In this document: positions 42,271 to 52,345 of the stretch, piece by piece
Layout of the letters: every line of letters starts with the position of its first letter
How positions within the stretch are numbered: the first letter of the stretch is position 1
Assembly: GCA_963796275.1 (NCBI GenBank)
Contig: CAWCKY010000006.1
Span: 1,056,001 to 1,120,000, forward strand
Length of the DNA stretch: 64,000 nucleotides
DNA from: an uncultured Acidobacteriota bacterium
GTDB taxonomy: Bacteria > Acidobacteriota > Blastocatellia > RBC074
Direction: 5' to 3'
Program-made: the position numbers and the translations under genes
The notes under the pieces: generated by a model
The model's database searches: none
Seen by the model: only the letters and a program-made list of their open reading frames with translations
Told to the model about the DNA's origin: nothing

Positions 42271-42355
42271 CCTGTTGCGCGCAGATCGAGATGCTGCGCT
42301 AGATTTTTCGAAATTCGACAAGTTTCGACAGAGAAGATCAAAAGGGAGAAGAAAT

Positions 42356-44186
42356 ATGAAGACTGAAAGTCTCAGAGTTTTGATGCTACACCCCCGCCAG
42401 TTTGTGAGCCTGGTCCTGGCGTGTGCGCTGCTGATATCGTCAGCCGCAATGGCGCAGACCCCGACGCCGCCTCAGCAGCCGGCACAATCGGTTACGACAC
42501 CTTCACCGGAATCACCGCCGATCCCGGAGCGATCGATCGGTCTCGAGCCGGGCAAGATCGTACGATGGTCGATGCGCGACGCTATCCTCGCTGCACTCGA
42601 AAATAACGTCGACATCGAGCTCGAAAAAACGAATGTGCGGATGGCGCAATGGAGCGTGCTTTCCGCGCAGGGAGTCTATGATCCTATCCTCACTCCCACG
42701 ATCGGGTACGGAGCGACGAGTCAAGCGAACACGCGGTTATTCTCAGGTATTGATGACACCAGCGCGGCCCTTAATAGCAAACAACTGATATACAATTTCC
42801 AATGGGATCAGCCAATTGAGAAGACTGGGGCCAGTTATCAGGTCCAATTCAATAATGAGCGTTTCACCAACAATTTCCAACAACTGTCGACGGGATATAG
42901 CCCCAGCGCGACCTTTTCAATTGAGCAACCTCTCTTCCGGAATTTCAAAATCGACCCAAATAGACGGGCAATCAAGATTGCCAAGAAAAATCTGGATATC
43001 TCAGACGCCCAATTTCGCCAGACAGCGATTCAGATCATCGCGACTGTGCAGCAAGCCTACTGGAACCTTTATGTCGCGATCGAGAATGAGAAGATTGCGC
43101 GTAGCGCGCTCGCTCTGGCAGAAAAGCAGATGAACGACAACAAACGCCAGGTCGAAGTTGGCACGCTTGCCCCCATTAAATATTACAGAAGCTGCGACTC
43201 TGGTTGAGACAAACCGGTCGCAGGTCTTCACTCGTATGAATGCAGTAGCGCAGGCTGAAAACCAGCTTAAGGTGCTCACCACCGATGGTCCTAACGCGGA
43301 TATATGGAAGGCCAGGATCGAAACGATCGAGCGATTTGAGGTCCAATCGTACGCAATGCCGCTCGATGATGCGATGAATCTGGCGATTGAGAATCGACCT
43401 GAAATCAGACGACTCACTCTTCAGAAGGAGTCGAACCAGATCGACATAGATTTTTTACGTAATCAGGCCAAGCCGCAGATCAATTTCGTTGCCAACTATA
43501 ACTTGTTCGGTGTCGGTGGAACGCCGCGCACTAACCCAGTCATAAATACACCCTGCCCTCTGAGCACCACTGTTGATATAGGCGGCCAGAGAAACTGTCT
43601 CGATATACAACCCGTCCTTATGAATGGGGTTTATACGCCTCAAGTCATTTCAACGCCTTACGTGGAAACACCAGGAATTTTTGAGCAACCCACGTCTGAC
43701 AACTTCCGCGGGGGATATAACAGGGCGCTTCGAAACCTGTTCAGCAATGATTTCAGGAGCTGGAGCGTTGGGATTAACTTCAGTCTACCTCTGCGAAACA
43801 GGGTAGCCAAAGCCAATCTCGGGCGCGCTCGCGAACTGGATAGGCAAAACGAACTGCTGATCCGACAACAATTGCAAACCATCGAGGTTGAGGTGCGCAA
43901 CCAGGTGCAGGCAGTCGAGACTGCGAGGCTGAGTATGGAATCAACGCGCCAGGCCCGTAAATATGCGGAGGATCAGTACGAAGGCGAGAATAAAAGGTTT
44001 CAAGCCGGCCTTTCGAACACGTTTTTGGTGCTGACCCGTCAAAACGATCTCACCGCTGCCCAGTTCAACGAAAATAGTGCTATTGCTGATTACAACATAG
44101 CAATTGCTTCGTTGCAGCGCGTACTCGCGGTCACGCTCTCAACCAATAATATCGATATAGCTGATCCGAAGCAGCCAATGAAGTAG
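42356..44186 (+). CDS. TolC-family outer membrane efflux protein, split by one +1 frameshift
   Basis: Signal peptide, AILAALENN, QQAYWNL, EVGTLAP, FSLPLRNR and RFQAGLS. The two ORFs join if AAA at 43178-43180 is AA. Confidence 0.88.
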
Positions 44187-44207
44187 ATAATCAATGCCAA
44201 GGGTGGT

Positions 44208-44254
44208 AGCGAGCGAGGCTTTGACGAGCGGATTCGTTAAAGACCTCGCTCGTT
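44208..44254 (+). terminator. Long hairpin downstream of tolC-like gene (possible terminator, no U-tract)
   Basis: AGCGAGCGAGGCTTTGACGA / TCGTTAAAGACCTCGCTCGTT. Confidence 0.45.
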
Positions 44255-44272
44255 GCTGCACTAGGGAAACCT

Positions 44273-44371
44273 GCTCACAGTAGATGTGTGGAGAGCGTGG
44301 AGACAACGCGGAGAGAGAGTCGTATTTAATCTCTGCGCTGCCTCAGCGATCTCCGCGCCTCTGCGGTGAGC
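44273..44371. repeat. Degenerate palindromic intergenic element (CACCGCAGAGGCGCGGAG type)
   Basis: GCTCAC...GGAGAGCGTGGAGACAACGCGGAGA / TCTCTGCGCTGCCTCAGCGATCTCCGCGCCTCTGCGGTGAGC. Confidence 0.5.
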
Positions 44372-44587
44372 CGCTTTCGGTCACTGAGTTTTCTTGAAAT
44401 TATTGCAGGCTCGCTGCTTCTTGACTTCGGCGTTATGTTGTACGATGCCAATCTCTTGCCTCTATCGAATGGACTGAACCGCAGGCTCTTTGCCGTGAAT
44501 CCTTTAGAGATAAAAATCTGAGTCGTGAAAAAGATTTGACCTTGACATGGATTCGCCGCTTCCTAATCTTGAGGCAATTGACAGACA

Positions 44588-45133
44588 CTATTCAGACTTC
44601 TCATCTTGTCTCTCAATAGGTTCGGCTTGAGCCCGACGTTCTTTCTCCTCTTTCCTCTGCCGGTCCAATTCAAGAAGTCGCTCGATTACATCAGGTGAAA
44701 CATGGAAGTTTGTAGTTGATACAAGCCTCTCGCACGCCTCAGTAAGATCCAGGCGGTTATCCCTTGATGCCTCCGCTAAAATATTCAAGGTCGTGATGGC
44801 GTGTATGTTTCTTTTGGTCGCCTCTCGGATTGCTATCCGGTCATCTAACAATAGTGCATCAGCGCTAAGTTCTATAGCGAGGGCGATCGCTTCTCGTTCT
44901 CCTGCGCCGAGTGCTCGGTCAACATCAAGAAGAACGATAGAAGGGGTTTTCACTTCTACCCACTCAGGGCGCGCGGTTATCCAGGTTTTGACCTTCTCCG
45001 GCGTTCTCTCGTGCTGAAGTTCTCCAAGTACAGCATTGGGAATGATGACCCGCCCGAATTGCTCCTTGAGCAATTCAGCTTCATCAATTAAAACGAGATA
45101 GTGAAGAGGACCAGTATCGGAGATGATGATCAT
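44588..45133 (-). CDS. PIN-domain toxin (DUF3368-like)
   Basis: IISDTGPL, IPNAVLGEL, LGAGEREAIALA and LLLDDR. Confidence 0.88.
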   Translation of the reverse strand: MIIISDTGPLHYLVLIDEAELLKEQFGRVIIPNAVLGELQHERTPEKVKTWITARPEWVEVKTPSIVLLDVDRALGAGEREAIALAIELSADALLLDDRIAIREATKRNIHAITTLNILAEASRDNRLDLTEACERLVSTTNFHVSPDVIERLLELDRQRKEEKERRAQAEPIERQDEKSE

Positions 45134-45390
45134 TGACGGTTGGAAAGGGCGTCAAGTGCCTCCGCGCCTCGCTCGATATCCTCATTGCGGAGGTTGATAG
45201 GAGTTTTGTTTATCTTCAGAAAGCCGTATGCTTCATCGATAGAAAATCCGAGAATTTCGGCCAATCGTCCTACGCTGATAACTTCGGCGCGGTAAGCCTC
45301 AAGAGCCGCACGCTCTAATAACTCGCGCGCGATCGCACTACTATCCCACTCAAAGATAGCGTCAGGAATGGTCACTGTCACTTGTTCCAT
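45130..45390 (-). CDS. UPF0175-family antitoxin
   Basis: ALEAYRAEVISVGRLAEILG HTH-like motif; ATGA overlap with the PIN gene. Confidence 0.85.
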   Translation of the reverse strand: MEQVTVTIPDAIFEWDSSAIARELLERAALEAYRAEVISVGRLAEILGFSIDEAYGFLKINKTPINLRNEDIERGAEALDALSNRQ

Positions 45391-45460
45391 CGTTTAACCT
45401 CTCACTAGAGCATACCCTGGTATGGCTGCCCAGGGCAATGAAGGTAAAAATCCGAACCGA

Positions 45461-47317
45461 TTACAGCGCCGTTAATCGTGGCGCGGGCGACTTGCGCTCA
45501 ATCTCAACCTTCGGCAGCTCAGGCGTGAAATCTTCGCCAGGATTGACGAACTGGTCGCGTTCGAATTTGTATTGCTTGTCATAAAGCTGTTTGTACCGGC
45601 CTCCATGCGCCAGCAGCTCTTCGTGCGTCCCGCTCTCCACAATCTTCCCCTCTTCCAGCACCAGTATTTGATCCGCGCTCCGAATCGTCGAAAGACGATG
45701 CGCGATGACGAATGTCGTCCGCCCTCTCCGTAGTGACCGCAGTCCTTCCTGAATCAACGCCTCGCTCTCGCTATCCAGACTCGAAGTCGCTTCATCCAGA
45801 ATCAGAATCTTCGGATCGGCTAGCAGCGCGCGCGCAATTGCGATGCGCTGGCGTTGGCCGCCCGAAAGCTTCACGCCGCGCTCGCCCACGATCGCCTCAT
45901 ATTTATTCTCGAAGCCTTCGATGAACTCCTCACAGTGTGCTATGCGGCTGACGGCCTGGACCTCTGCGAGAGTCGCATGCGGTTTGGAGAAGCTGATGTT
46001 GTCGGAGACCGTCCCATCGAAGAGGAAATTATCCTGCAGCACCACGCCGAGATGCGCGCGATAGTTGCGCAGCTTAATATTTGACAGATCGCATCCGTCT
46101 ATCTTGATCTTGCCGGAAAGCGGCTGATTGAAATTCATCACCAGGCTGATCAATGTGCTCTTGCCCGAACCGCTCGATCCGACGAGCGCGGTGGTTGAGC
46201 CGGCGGCGGTTTTGAACGATATGTTTTTCAAGACTGGCACGCCGGGATTGTATTCGAACGACACGTTTTCGAATTCCACCTCGCCGCGCATCCCGTTCAG
46301 TTCTTGGCGGGTCGAATCCTCTTCATCCTCGGTCTGCATATTCAGAAGCTCGCGGATGCGGTCGAGCCCGGCGAACGCTTCGGTGATCTGCGTGCCGATC
46401 GATGCGATCTCGATCACGGGTATGGCCATCAGCCCGGTGAAAAAGATATACATAAAAAGATCGCCCAGCGTCATCGAGCCCGCGAGGACCGATTTGCCCC
46501 CGACCATGATCATTACCACCCCGATCGCGCCGATGATGACCGAGGAGAATGCGGTGATCGCCGATACGCCGGTCATCGATTTTTTTACATTGCGGAAAAA
46601 TCGGTGTACGCCGCGCGCAAAAACGATCTCCTCGCGCTTTTCGGCCGTGTAGGCTTTGACTATGCGGATGCCGCCGAGAGATTCGCCCAGGCGCCCGGTG
46701 ATCTCGCTGTATATCTCGCCGCGGTCGCGGAACAACGGCCGGAGCCGCTTGAATGCATAGGCCAGTACGCCCCCGAATGTGAGGAGGACGATGACCGTGA
46801 GAGCGGTCAATCGCCAGTTGAGATAAATGAGGACGCCGATGGCGATGGTCGCCGTGATGATACTTCCGGTTAACTGGACGAGGCCGGTGCCGACGAGGTT
46901 ACGCACTCCCTCGGCATCGGTCATGATTCGCGAAATTAGTTTGCCGGTTTGGGTTGAATCGAAGTAACGGATCGGCAGGCGCTCGACGTGCGCCTGAACC
47001 CGCTTTCTCATCTCGGTGATGGCGCGTTGTGCTGCCACGCCCAGCACTTGCGAAAGAGTGAATGACGTGACCGCCTGTAGCAGCGTCGCCGCTCCGATAA
47101 TCAGAGCGATGGGCGTAAGCAACTCGGCGCGCTGTTTTCCGATGACTTCGTCGATGATGTATTTGGAAGAGGCGGGCAGAATCAATCCGACCAGGCGATT
47201 GACGAGCATCAAACTGGCACCCAGCGCCAGACGCCAACGATGGGCGTAGATAAGCCCTCTCGCCTCTCGCCACGCATCAGTAAACTTCAGGGGTTTCTTC
47301 TTTTTCTCTTCGGCCAT
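45461..47317 (-). CDS. ABC exporter, fused permease/ATP-binding (MsbA-like)
   Basis: 6 TM domain, GSSGSGKS, LSGGQRQR, ILDEATSSLD and IAHRLST; probable ATG at 47317. Confidence 0.94.
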   Translation of the reverse strand: MAEEKKKKPLKFTDAWREARGLIYAHRWRLALGASLMLVNRLVGLILPASSKYIIDEVIGKQRAELLTPIALIIGAATLLQAVTSFTLSQVLGVAAQRAITEMRKRVQAHVERLPIRYFDSTQTGKLISRIMTDAEGVRNLVGTGLVQLTGSIITATIAIGVLIYLNWRLTALTVIVLLTFGGVLAYAFKRLRPLFRDRGEIYSEITGRLGESLGGIRIVKAYTAEKREEIVFARGVHRFFRNVKKSMTGVSAITAFSSVIIGAIGVVMIMVGGKSVLAGSMTLGDLFMYIFFTGLMAIPVIEIASIGTQITEAFAGLDRIRELLNMQTEDEEDSTRQELNGMRGEVEFENVSFEYNPGVPVLKNISFKTAAGSTTALVGSSGSGKSTLISLVMNFNQPLSGKIKIDGCDLSNIKLRNYRAHLGVVLQDNFLFDGTVSDNISFSKPHATLAEVQAVSRIAHCEEFIEGFENKYEAIVGERGVKLSGGQRQRIAIARALLADPKILILDEATSSLDSESEALIQEGLRSLRRGRTTFVIAHRLSTIRSADQILVLEEGKIVESGTHEELLAHGGRYKQLYDKQYKFERDQFVNPGEDFTPELPKVEIERKSPAPRLTAL

Positions 47318-47318
47318 C

Positions 47319-47346
47319 AGGATGGGGCGGGTAGTGGGTCTCGAAC
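47319..47346 (-). repeat. att site: displaced tRNA-His 3' fragment (T-loop to CCA + TCCT)
   Basis: AGGATGGGGCGGGTAGTGGGTCTCGAAC, identical to 52041-52068. Confidence 0.95.
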
Positions 47347-47435
47347 AGTTAACATCTTCCAATCATGTTGGATTCATATTGGATTCAAAGGATTTACCCG
47401 CGTTAAAATCTCCTTATTCCATTGGTTTCAATCGT

Positions 47436-47458
47436 CAATGTGTTCTTGAATGTGTTCT
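47436..47458 (+). repeat. Candidate integrase arm-type sites, left end
   Basis: CAATGTGTTC TTGAATGTGTTCT; same 12-mer repeated at 51984-52011. Confidence 0.7.
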
Positions 47459-47483
47459 CCAAAATCGATGAAAGGTGAAAATT

Positions 47484-47870
47484 ATGTCAAAGGAACGATC
47501 CGGATATACATATTTCGACACGCGTATTCAACGCTGGATTGCACGTGTCAGCTTCATAGATAAGCAGGGTAAACGAAGAAACCTAAAGCGACAAGCAGAA
47601 TCCGAGTCGAAAGCGGAATCGCTTTTGCGGCGGCTTGTCGGATCGCTTGAAACTGAGGAGAGCAGAATCCAGGTTGACTCTGAGCGAATGACGTTTGAAG
47701 AATTGACGGATCGATATTCCGCGCTGAAAGTTATCCCCGCTGAGTATCGCAATGACAGGAAGGTTTGCGGAATGCGACATCCCGATAAAGTGAAATTTCG
47801 CATTGCCGCATTGCTGGCTTTTTTCGGAAAGATGCGAGTGCGCACTATCACAGTAATTATTGCTAATTGA
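47484..47870 (+). pseudogene. N-terminal fragment of a tyrosine integrase (arm-binding and start of core-binding domain)
   Basis: G..Y..RWIARVSFIDKQGKRR...AE..L, then MTFEELTDRY and LLAFFGKMRVRTIT. Ends abruptly with no catalytic domain; adjacent to att. Confidence 0.8.
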
Positions 47871-48317
47871 AAATGTCACAGCCAACATCGTTGATAACAT
47901 CCAAATAACCCCAGATTGCATTTAAATAAATTTTGACGGGAGTAGGTTTAAGCAAAGGCGGGGAGTCTCGAAACGGAGGCTACACTTACACGGGGGAATT
48001 TTTGAAATTGCGTAGAATCTAACCCGGCAGTCAAACCCTCATAACAACTTCGATTAACCTCTATCTTGATTTTATAATTTTTATTACTGCTGTTGTTTAT
48101 TGACAAGAGAGTTATTTATGAGAAATCCTGCACTTTGTACGCTTGCCACCGTCTGTGGGAAGGGTGAAGATTCTTCGAGCGGAATCTACTCTCCTATTTC
48201 TGAAACGTCAATAGTGAAATGGCGCAGGCGCTATAACCGGATCGTCGAGCTGGCAAAGCTCGCTTTGCTGCGCAATGTGCAAAGCACATAGGAACCTGAT
48301 GAGCAGACCGCGAAAAT

Positions 48318-48350
48318 AAAAAAAAGCGCAGCCGATTAAGACTGCGCTTT
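48318..48350 (-). terminator. Rho-independent terminator for the minus-strand island genes
   Basis: Minus strand AAAGCGCAGTC-TTAATC-GGCTGCGC followed by T8. Confidence 0.8.
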
Positions 48351-48374
48351 ACTCATCCCTTGTTTATAATCGTT

Positions 48375-49304
48375 CTATGGGATGCCAGTAACCTGTGCAG
48401 GCATACTGGTTACTCCCATTAAACTACCGGCAGGAATCATATAATCCCTCTGACCAGTAGATACTTGAACTTTTATCAGCCTAGCTGATGCTCTGAATCT
48501 CCAGGGTAAAGTTACGGTTCCCATTCCCGGTGATGTCACAGTTGGCGTCATACCTACAAGTGCTGGAAATGTTTGGTTTGGATTTATTGCGGGGAAATTA
48601 TCTGGGTTGGATGTGTCTGTTCCATAAGCCATTGTCAGCACATCGTCATTATCCCCCGCAATAAATTCTTCAAAATCGTACTCTATCCTCACCTTGGTTC
48701 CAGGAGTTAACCCATTACTCCCCTTGATCTGAGCTTTAAACATCGTTGTTGCTCCATTCCTGATCATATTTGGAGTAAAGGAGAACGTGCTAGGTAGATC
48801 AAGCCTAATCACTGGGGTTAGTTGGAGCTGCACCAAGAATCCCCCCAAGAGTATTCCTTGTGCGGCTAGGCAAATAGGCGCGCAAGTTCCCTCAAACGTG
48901 AATGGAAAGGCATAGTTGCCTCCGTAGCAGGCAGCAAACCCAAACCAATCGATTAAACCCCCACAAAAATTTACAGGACGTAGAATATAAGCGGAAACTT
49001 GCTTGTATGTGTTCCCCACTACTCCATTTATAGAGATTGGGATTTCAGCAAAGTTTACCTGCCTATTTCTAAACCCATCCAGGAAAACGTTGTTCTCGTA
49101 ATAATCCACAACCACTTCAACATCGTATCTCTCATACACAGGTTGATTTGATTCGATGGCGTTATAGTTGAAAATTAGTGAAGCCTCTTCATCCTGGAAG
49201 ATTGCTCCAACTGCGAAAACTTGTGGCATCTGCTGAGCATTTGCTTGAGATGTAACCAGGAGTACAAAGAAGAGAAGAGTGGTTAATATTGATAGTTTTT
49301 TCAT
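48375..49304 (-). CDS. Secreted beta-rich hypothetical protein
   Basis: Sec signal MKKLSILTTLLFFVLLVTSQANA; TAATG coupling to the upstream gene. Confidence 0.8.
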   Translation of the reverse strand: MKKLSILTTLLFFVLLVTSQANAQQMPQVFAVGAIFQDEEASLIFNYNAIESNQPVYERYDVEVVVDYYENNVFLDGFRNRQVNFAEIPISINGVVGNTYKQVSAYILRPVNFCGGLIDWFGFAACYGGNYAFPFTFEGTCAPICLAAQGILLGGFLVQLQLTPVIRLDLPSTFSFTPNMIRNGATTMFKAQIKGSNGLTPGTKVRIEYDFEEFIAGDNDDVLTMAYGTDTSNPDNFPAINPNQTFPALVGMTPTVTSPGMGTVTLPWRFRASARLIKVQVSTGQRDYMIPAGSLMGVTSMPAQVTGIP

Positions 49305-49963
49305 TATTGGTATCTCCTCCCTTGCAGTGCTCCATTAGTTCCTCTGGGTGCATCGTATGGAATTCTCTGAATCCCAGATGCATCTTGGATTTTGGATGTA
49401 AGTTCTTCCTGAACAAATTTCTCAAAATCTACAAATCTCCATCCAAATCCCTCTCTCAGTTTCTCGTAACCACCCATAATTACACTCTTTCTTGCTGTGT
49501 CTAATCTGGTTACCTCTGGGTTGAGTGGTGGAGGTGTGTTGGGGATCGGTTTACCGTTGTATTGATCTTTCCTTGCTTCCCGATCCGCTTTTACCAGTGC
49601 TGTGATCTGGCTATCAAACTGCTTAACCCGATCTACCGTTTCTATTGCCGTTCGATTCAGAAGATCGGTTTCTTGATTGGTTAAGCCTGCAAAAACTTGA
49701 TATCTGTTTTTGTAGATAGCACCGTTTTCCCCATCTGCCTGTAGCTGATCACCCTTTCTTTGCAGCCAAACTATGTGGCGAAACATCATATGGTAAACGA
49801 TGTGAGGAGGGGGAGGAACCTTTGGGTTTGCTTGAGAGGTTACAAAAGGCTGCTCCGCTTTACTATTACTGTGTTCAACTTTACCCTTTACATAATCCCG
49901 TCCAAATATCACCACCAAAGTCAAACTCAGCAATGCGCCGAAGAAGATTGCCGGTTTCTTCAT
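49304..49963 (-). CDS. Exported/membrane-anchored helical hypothetical protein
   Basis: ATG at 49963 (MKKPAIFFGALLSLTLVVIFG), then a helical domain. Confidence 0.75.
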   Translation of the reverse strand: MKKPAIFFGALLSLTLVVIFGRDYVKGKVEHSNSKAEQPFVTSQANPKVPPPPHIVYHMMFRHIVWLQRKGDQLQADGENGAIYKNRYQVFAGLTNQETDLLNRTAIETVDRVKQFDSQITALVKADREARKDQYNGKPIPNTPPPLNPEVTRLDTARKSVIMGGYEKLREGFGWRFVDFEKFVQEELTSKIQDASGIQRIPYDAPRGTNGALQGRRYQ

Positions 49964-50322
49964 TGTTAGATTGTCTCCGTAGAGTGAAGATACAACTGCT
50001 GGTAGATCGACAACGAGGGGAGGCTCGTAGTCGGTTAAGGGGTGGTTGGCGAAGACATCTATAATCCAACCACCAAAGAAAGTCAAGGGTGATGCTACTA
50101 ACCCACAAAACGACATTCATCACCTCTGCCGTCATACTTGGTGCTGTAATCCTGATCATTTGGAAGAAACTACGCATAAAGAAACCTGATCAGAGGATCG
50201 ATCTATTCGTAATGGCTCACATTTCATTTGTAAACGCGGTCATATACGTACCAGTACTGGCTTATGCAAGGAATGTGCTGTCTTCCGGGATTTAAAGATG
50301 GTGCACCTTGGTCTATGGATGA

Positions 50323-51110
50323 CTAACGAAATGTCTCTTGCGCTTTTGAAATAAAAGCGATCTCTCTCCCAGGTGCTTTCGCTTCTGCTTCCAGAAGCGC
50401 TATCTGTTTGTGTTTTACTGAGAACAACCCTTTCACAATGTCGCCAACCTTGCGATCCACAAGTGAGACGATGATTGTTTCCAACGCGCTGATGTTTGTC
50501 TTCATTCGGTGAACTTCCATATGCTGTCGGTATTCGTCAAGCATCCACTCAAGTTTATCCTCAATTTCTTTGGGTGTCAGTTTTGCTATTACGATTTCAT
50601 TCATCCAAACTCGAAACCTGCGGACTTTAATTTCGGTGTCTGGATCGTTCCGAAAATCTATGATCTGTTCCCAAGGTGTAGAATCATCTGGAATTGGTAA
50701 ATGGTTGACGGTTATTTCGATAACATCTCCCGCACCTGCTTTTTGTAAGTAAAGCTGAGGGAATTCGGAACGGAAAAGCGGGTAAGCATCTATTTTTTTA
50801 GTATTTTGATAATACACGCTAAGTGGTCGTAAAAGTAATTCGCTGGAAAACGTTATAGCTGCTGCCTGTACAAAATACTCCATGCTTTGTTTGAGTGTGT
50901 TCAGCATCGACTCTTCTATCGGGTATTTTTCCCTTAGTTCATGTATTAAATTTTCCGCTACCCTGCGCTGTTCGGCGAGGTCCTTATAGCGCTTTGACTT
51001 ATTTGTCGCGTCATCAAGCAAATATTTTGTTTCGTCGTCTAGTGCATTATCTTCGTATAACCCCCACGGGTTAGAATCAAAAATAATTCCCTGTTCAATT
51101 AACCTTATTC
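50323..51110 (-). pseudogene. Hypothetical protein apparently lacking its N-terminus
   Basis: Frame is open upstream of the track's TTG (51021) through LIEQGIIFDSNP to tandem TGA TGA near 51111, with no canonical start. Confidence 0.55.
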
Positions 51111-51628
51111 ATCAAAGTATTCATTGTTGCATCTGCAATCCACGTAGCTGATGCGACTCCGAATACTGGTCCAACTAAATTGAGTCTCATTATCTCAAGA
51201 TGAGTTATGACGTTTGAAACTTCGCTCTGTTTCACGTCGATCTTTCCGATGTGGTTTGCTGGTAGTGATTGTAAAAGCTCGAATAAAGGTTGAACTACCT
51301 TTTTCCGCTGTTGAAGAGTCAAATCATCTGCAAAGTTAATGGCAACGTATGCATCAGACAATTCCGGTATTGGATTATTTGTGAGGTATTCGTCCAGATA
51401 GTTTGCTAGTGATGCTATATCGGATTCGCTTTTGGATAGTCCTCTATCTGTGATTTCGGTTATTTCAACTGCTAACATTGTTCCGTCAATTAATTCGCAA
51501 AGAATGTCAGGGTTCGGAGGATTGAGCTTATTGATCGAATCCGATTTAACCTGAATACGGGAAGCTTCGACAAAGCGGTTGAATAAGTGTATCTCTTCTT
51601 CGTTTTGAGCTTTGGATTTTTCCTGCAT
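51095..51628 (-). CDS. Hypothetical protein with a PD-(D/E)xK-like nuclease motif, probably C-terminally truncated
   Basis: PPNPDILC...LAVEITEI pattern. Confidence 0.5.
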   Translation of the reverse strand: MQEKSKAQNEEEIHLFNRFVEASRIQVKSDSINKLNPPNPDILCELIDGTMLAVEITEITDRGLSKSESDIASLANYLDEYLTNNPIPELSDAYVAINFADDLTLQQRKKVVQPLFELLQSLPANHIGKIDVKQSEVSNVITHLEIMRLNLVGPVFGVASATWIADATMNTLMNKVN

Positions 51629-51983
51629 ATCTCTTTCACCTTTCATTTCAGATTATCTAAAAATCTGAAATCTCTCACCTTCGCCATATCAGGTAGTGCT
51701 CTGGCTTTGGATGTGTGTGAGCGGTCGAAAAGCCTACAACCAGATTTGCCGTTCGTGCAAGAGTCTATTCGATCACATTTACACGGAGGATGAGCGTTCT
51801 ATTTCTCTTCATCCTCCCCGTTTCACTGTTCCGGTATCGTCTAGCGCGAGCGAATGATTAGCGCCTATGGTAATCTACAACATAGATCGATCCGACCCGC
51901 TGGTTGTGATGAGCGGGAAAGATGAGAAAGAATTGAGAGTTCGACTATGAAATGGGGAAGAAGCGGAAGGCACGCTACAAAAC

Positions 51984-52011
51984 TTGAATGTGTTCTTGAA
52001 TGTGTTCTTGA
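51984..52011 (+). repeat. Candidate integrase arm-type sites, right end
   Basis: TTGAATGTGTTC TTGAATGTGTTC TTGA, about 30 bp inside att. Confidence 0.75.
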
Positions 52012-52041
52012 TATGGAAACGATGAGGAAAATCAGGCAAAA

Positions 52042-52122
<81 letters not shown>

Positions 52123-52175
52123 ATAAATGAAAAGAGCTCATAATAATTACTCTTTGACGCGTTGAGGAATCCGCA

Positions 52176-52204
52176 ATATTACTAATCGAGCCATATCTCG
52201 TCAA
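52176..52204 (-). promoter_or_regulatory. sigma70-type promoter for tRNA-His
   Basis: TTGACG-17 nt-TAATAT on the minus strand. Confidence 0.65.
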
Positions 52205-52208
52205 GCCC

Positions 52209-52345
52209 CTGACATTTAACATTTTAGATTTGTCATTTTAGATTTGTCATTGAAGATATTTAGATATTTTTAGATTTGTCGTTGAAGGTATGAAGTTTCT
52301 TCAATGTAAAATGACAAATCTAAATGACAAATCTAAAATGTCAGG
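52209..52345. repeat. AT-rich palindromic element of TTTTAGATTTGTCA units
   Basis: CTGACATTT..(TTTTAGATTTGTCA)n..GAAGA / TCTTC..(ATGACAAATCTAAA)n TGTCAG. Confidence 0.8.

Noticed and set aside
47319-47346. Second tRNA gene
   Set aside because: Only the T-loop to CCA is present; it is the att duplication
47870-48300. c-di-GMP riboswitch or small gene 48100-48291
   Set aside because: Only a partial GCAAA/GAAA resemblance without the paired stems; the ORF has no support
50089-50295. Small hydrophobic plus-strand ORF in the island
   Set aside because: Could be a 2-TM peptide or a gene remnant, but no RBS or motif supports it
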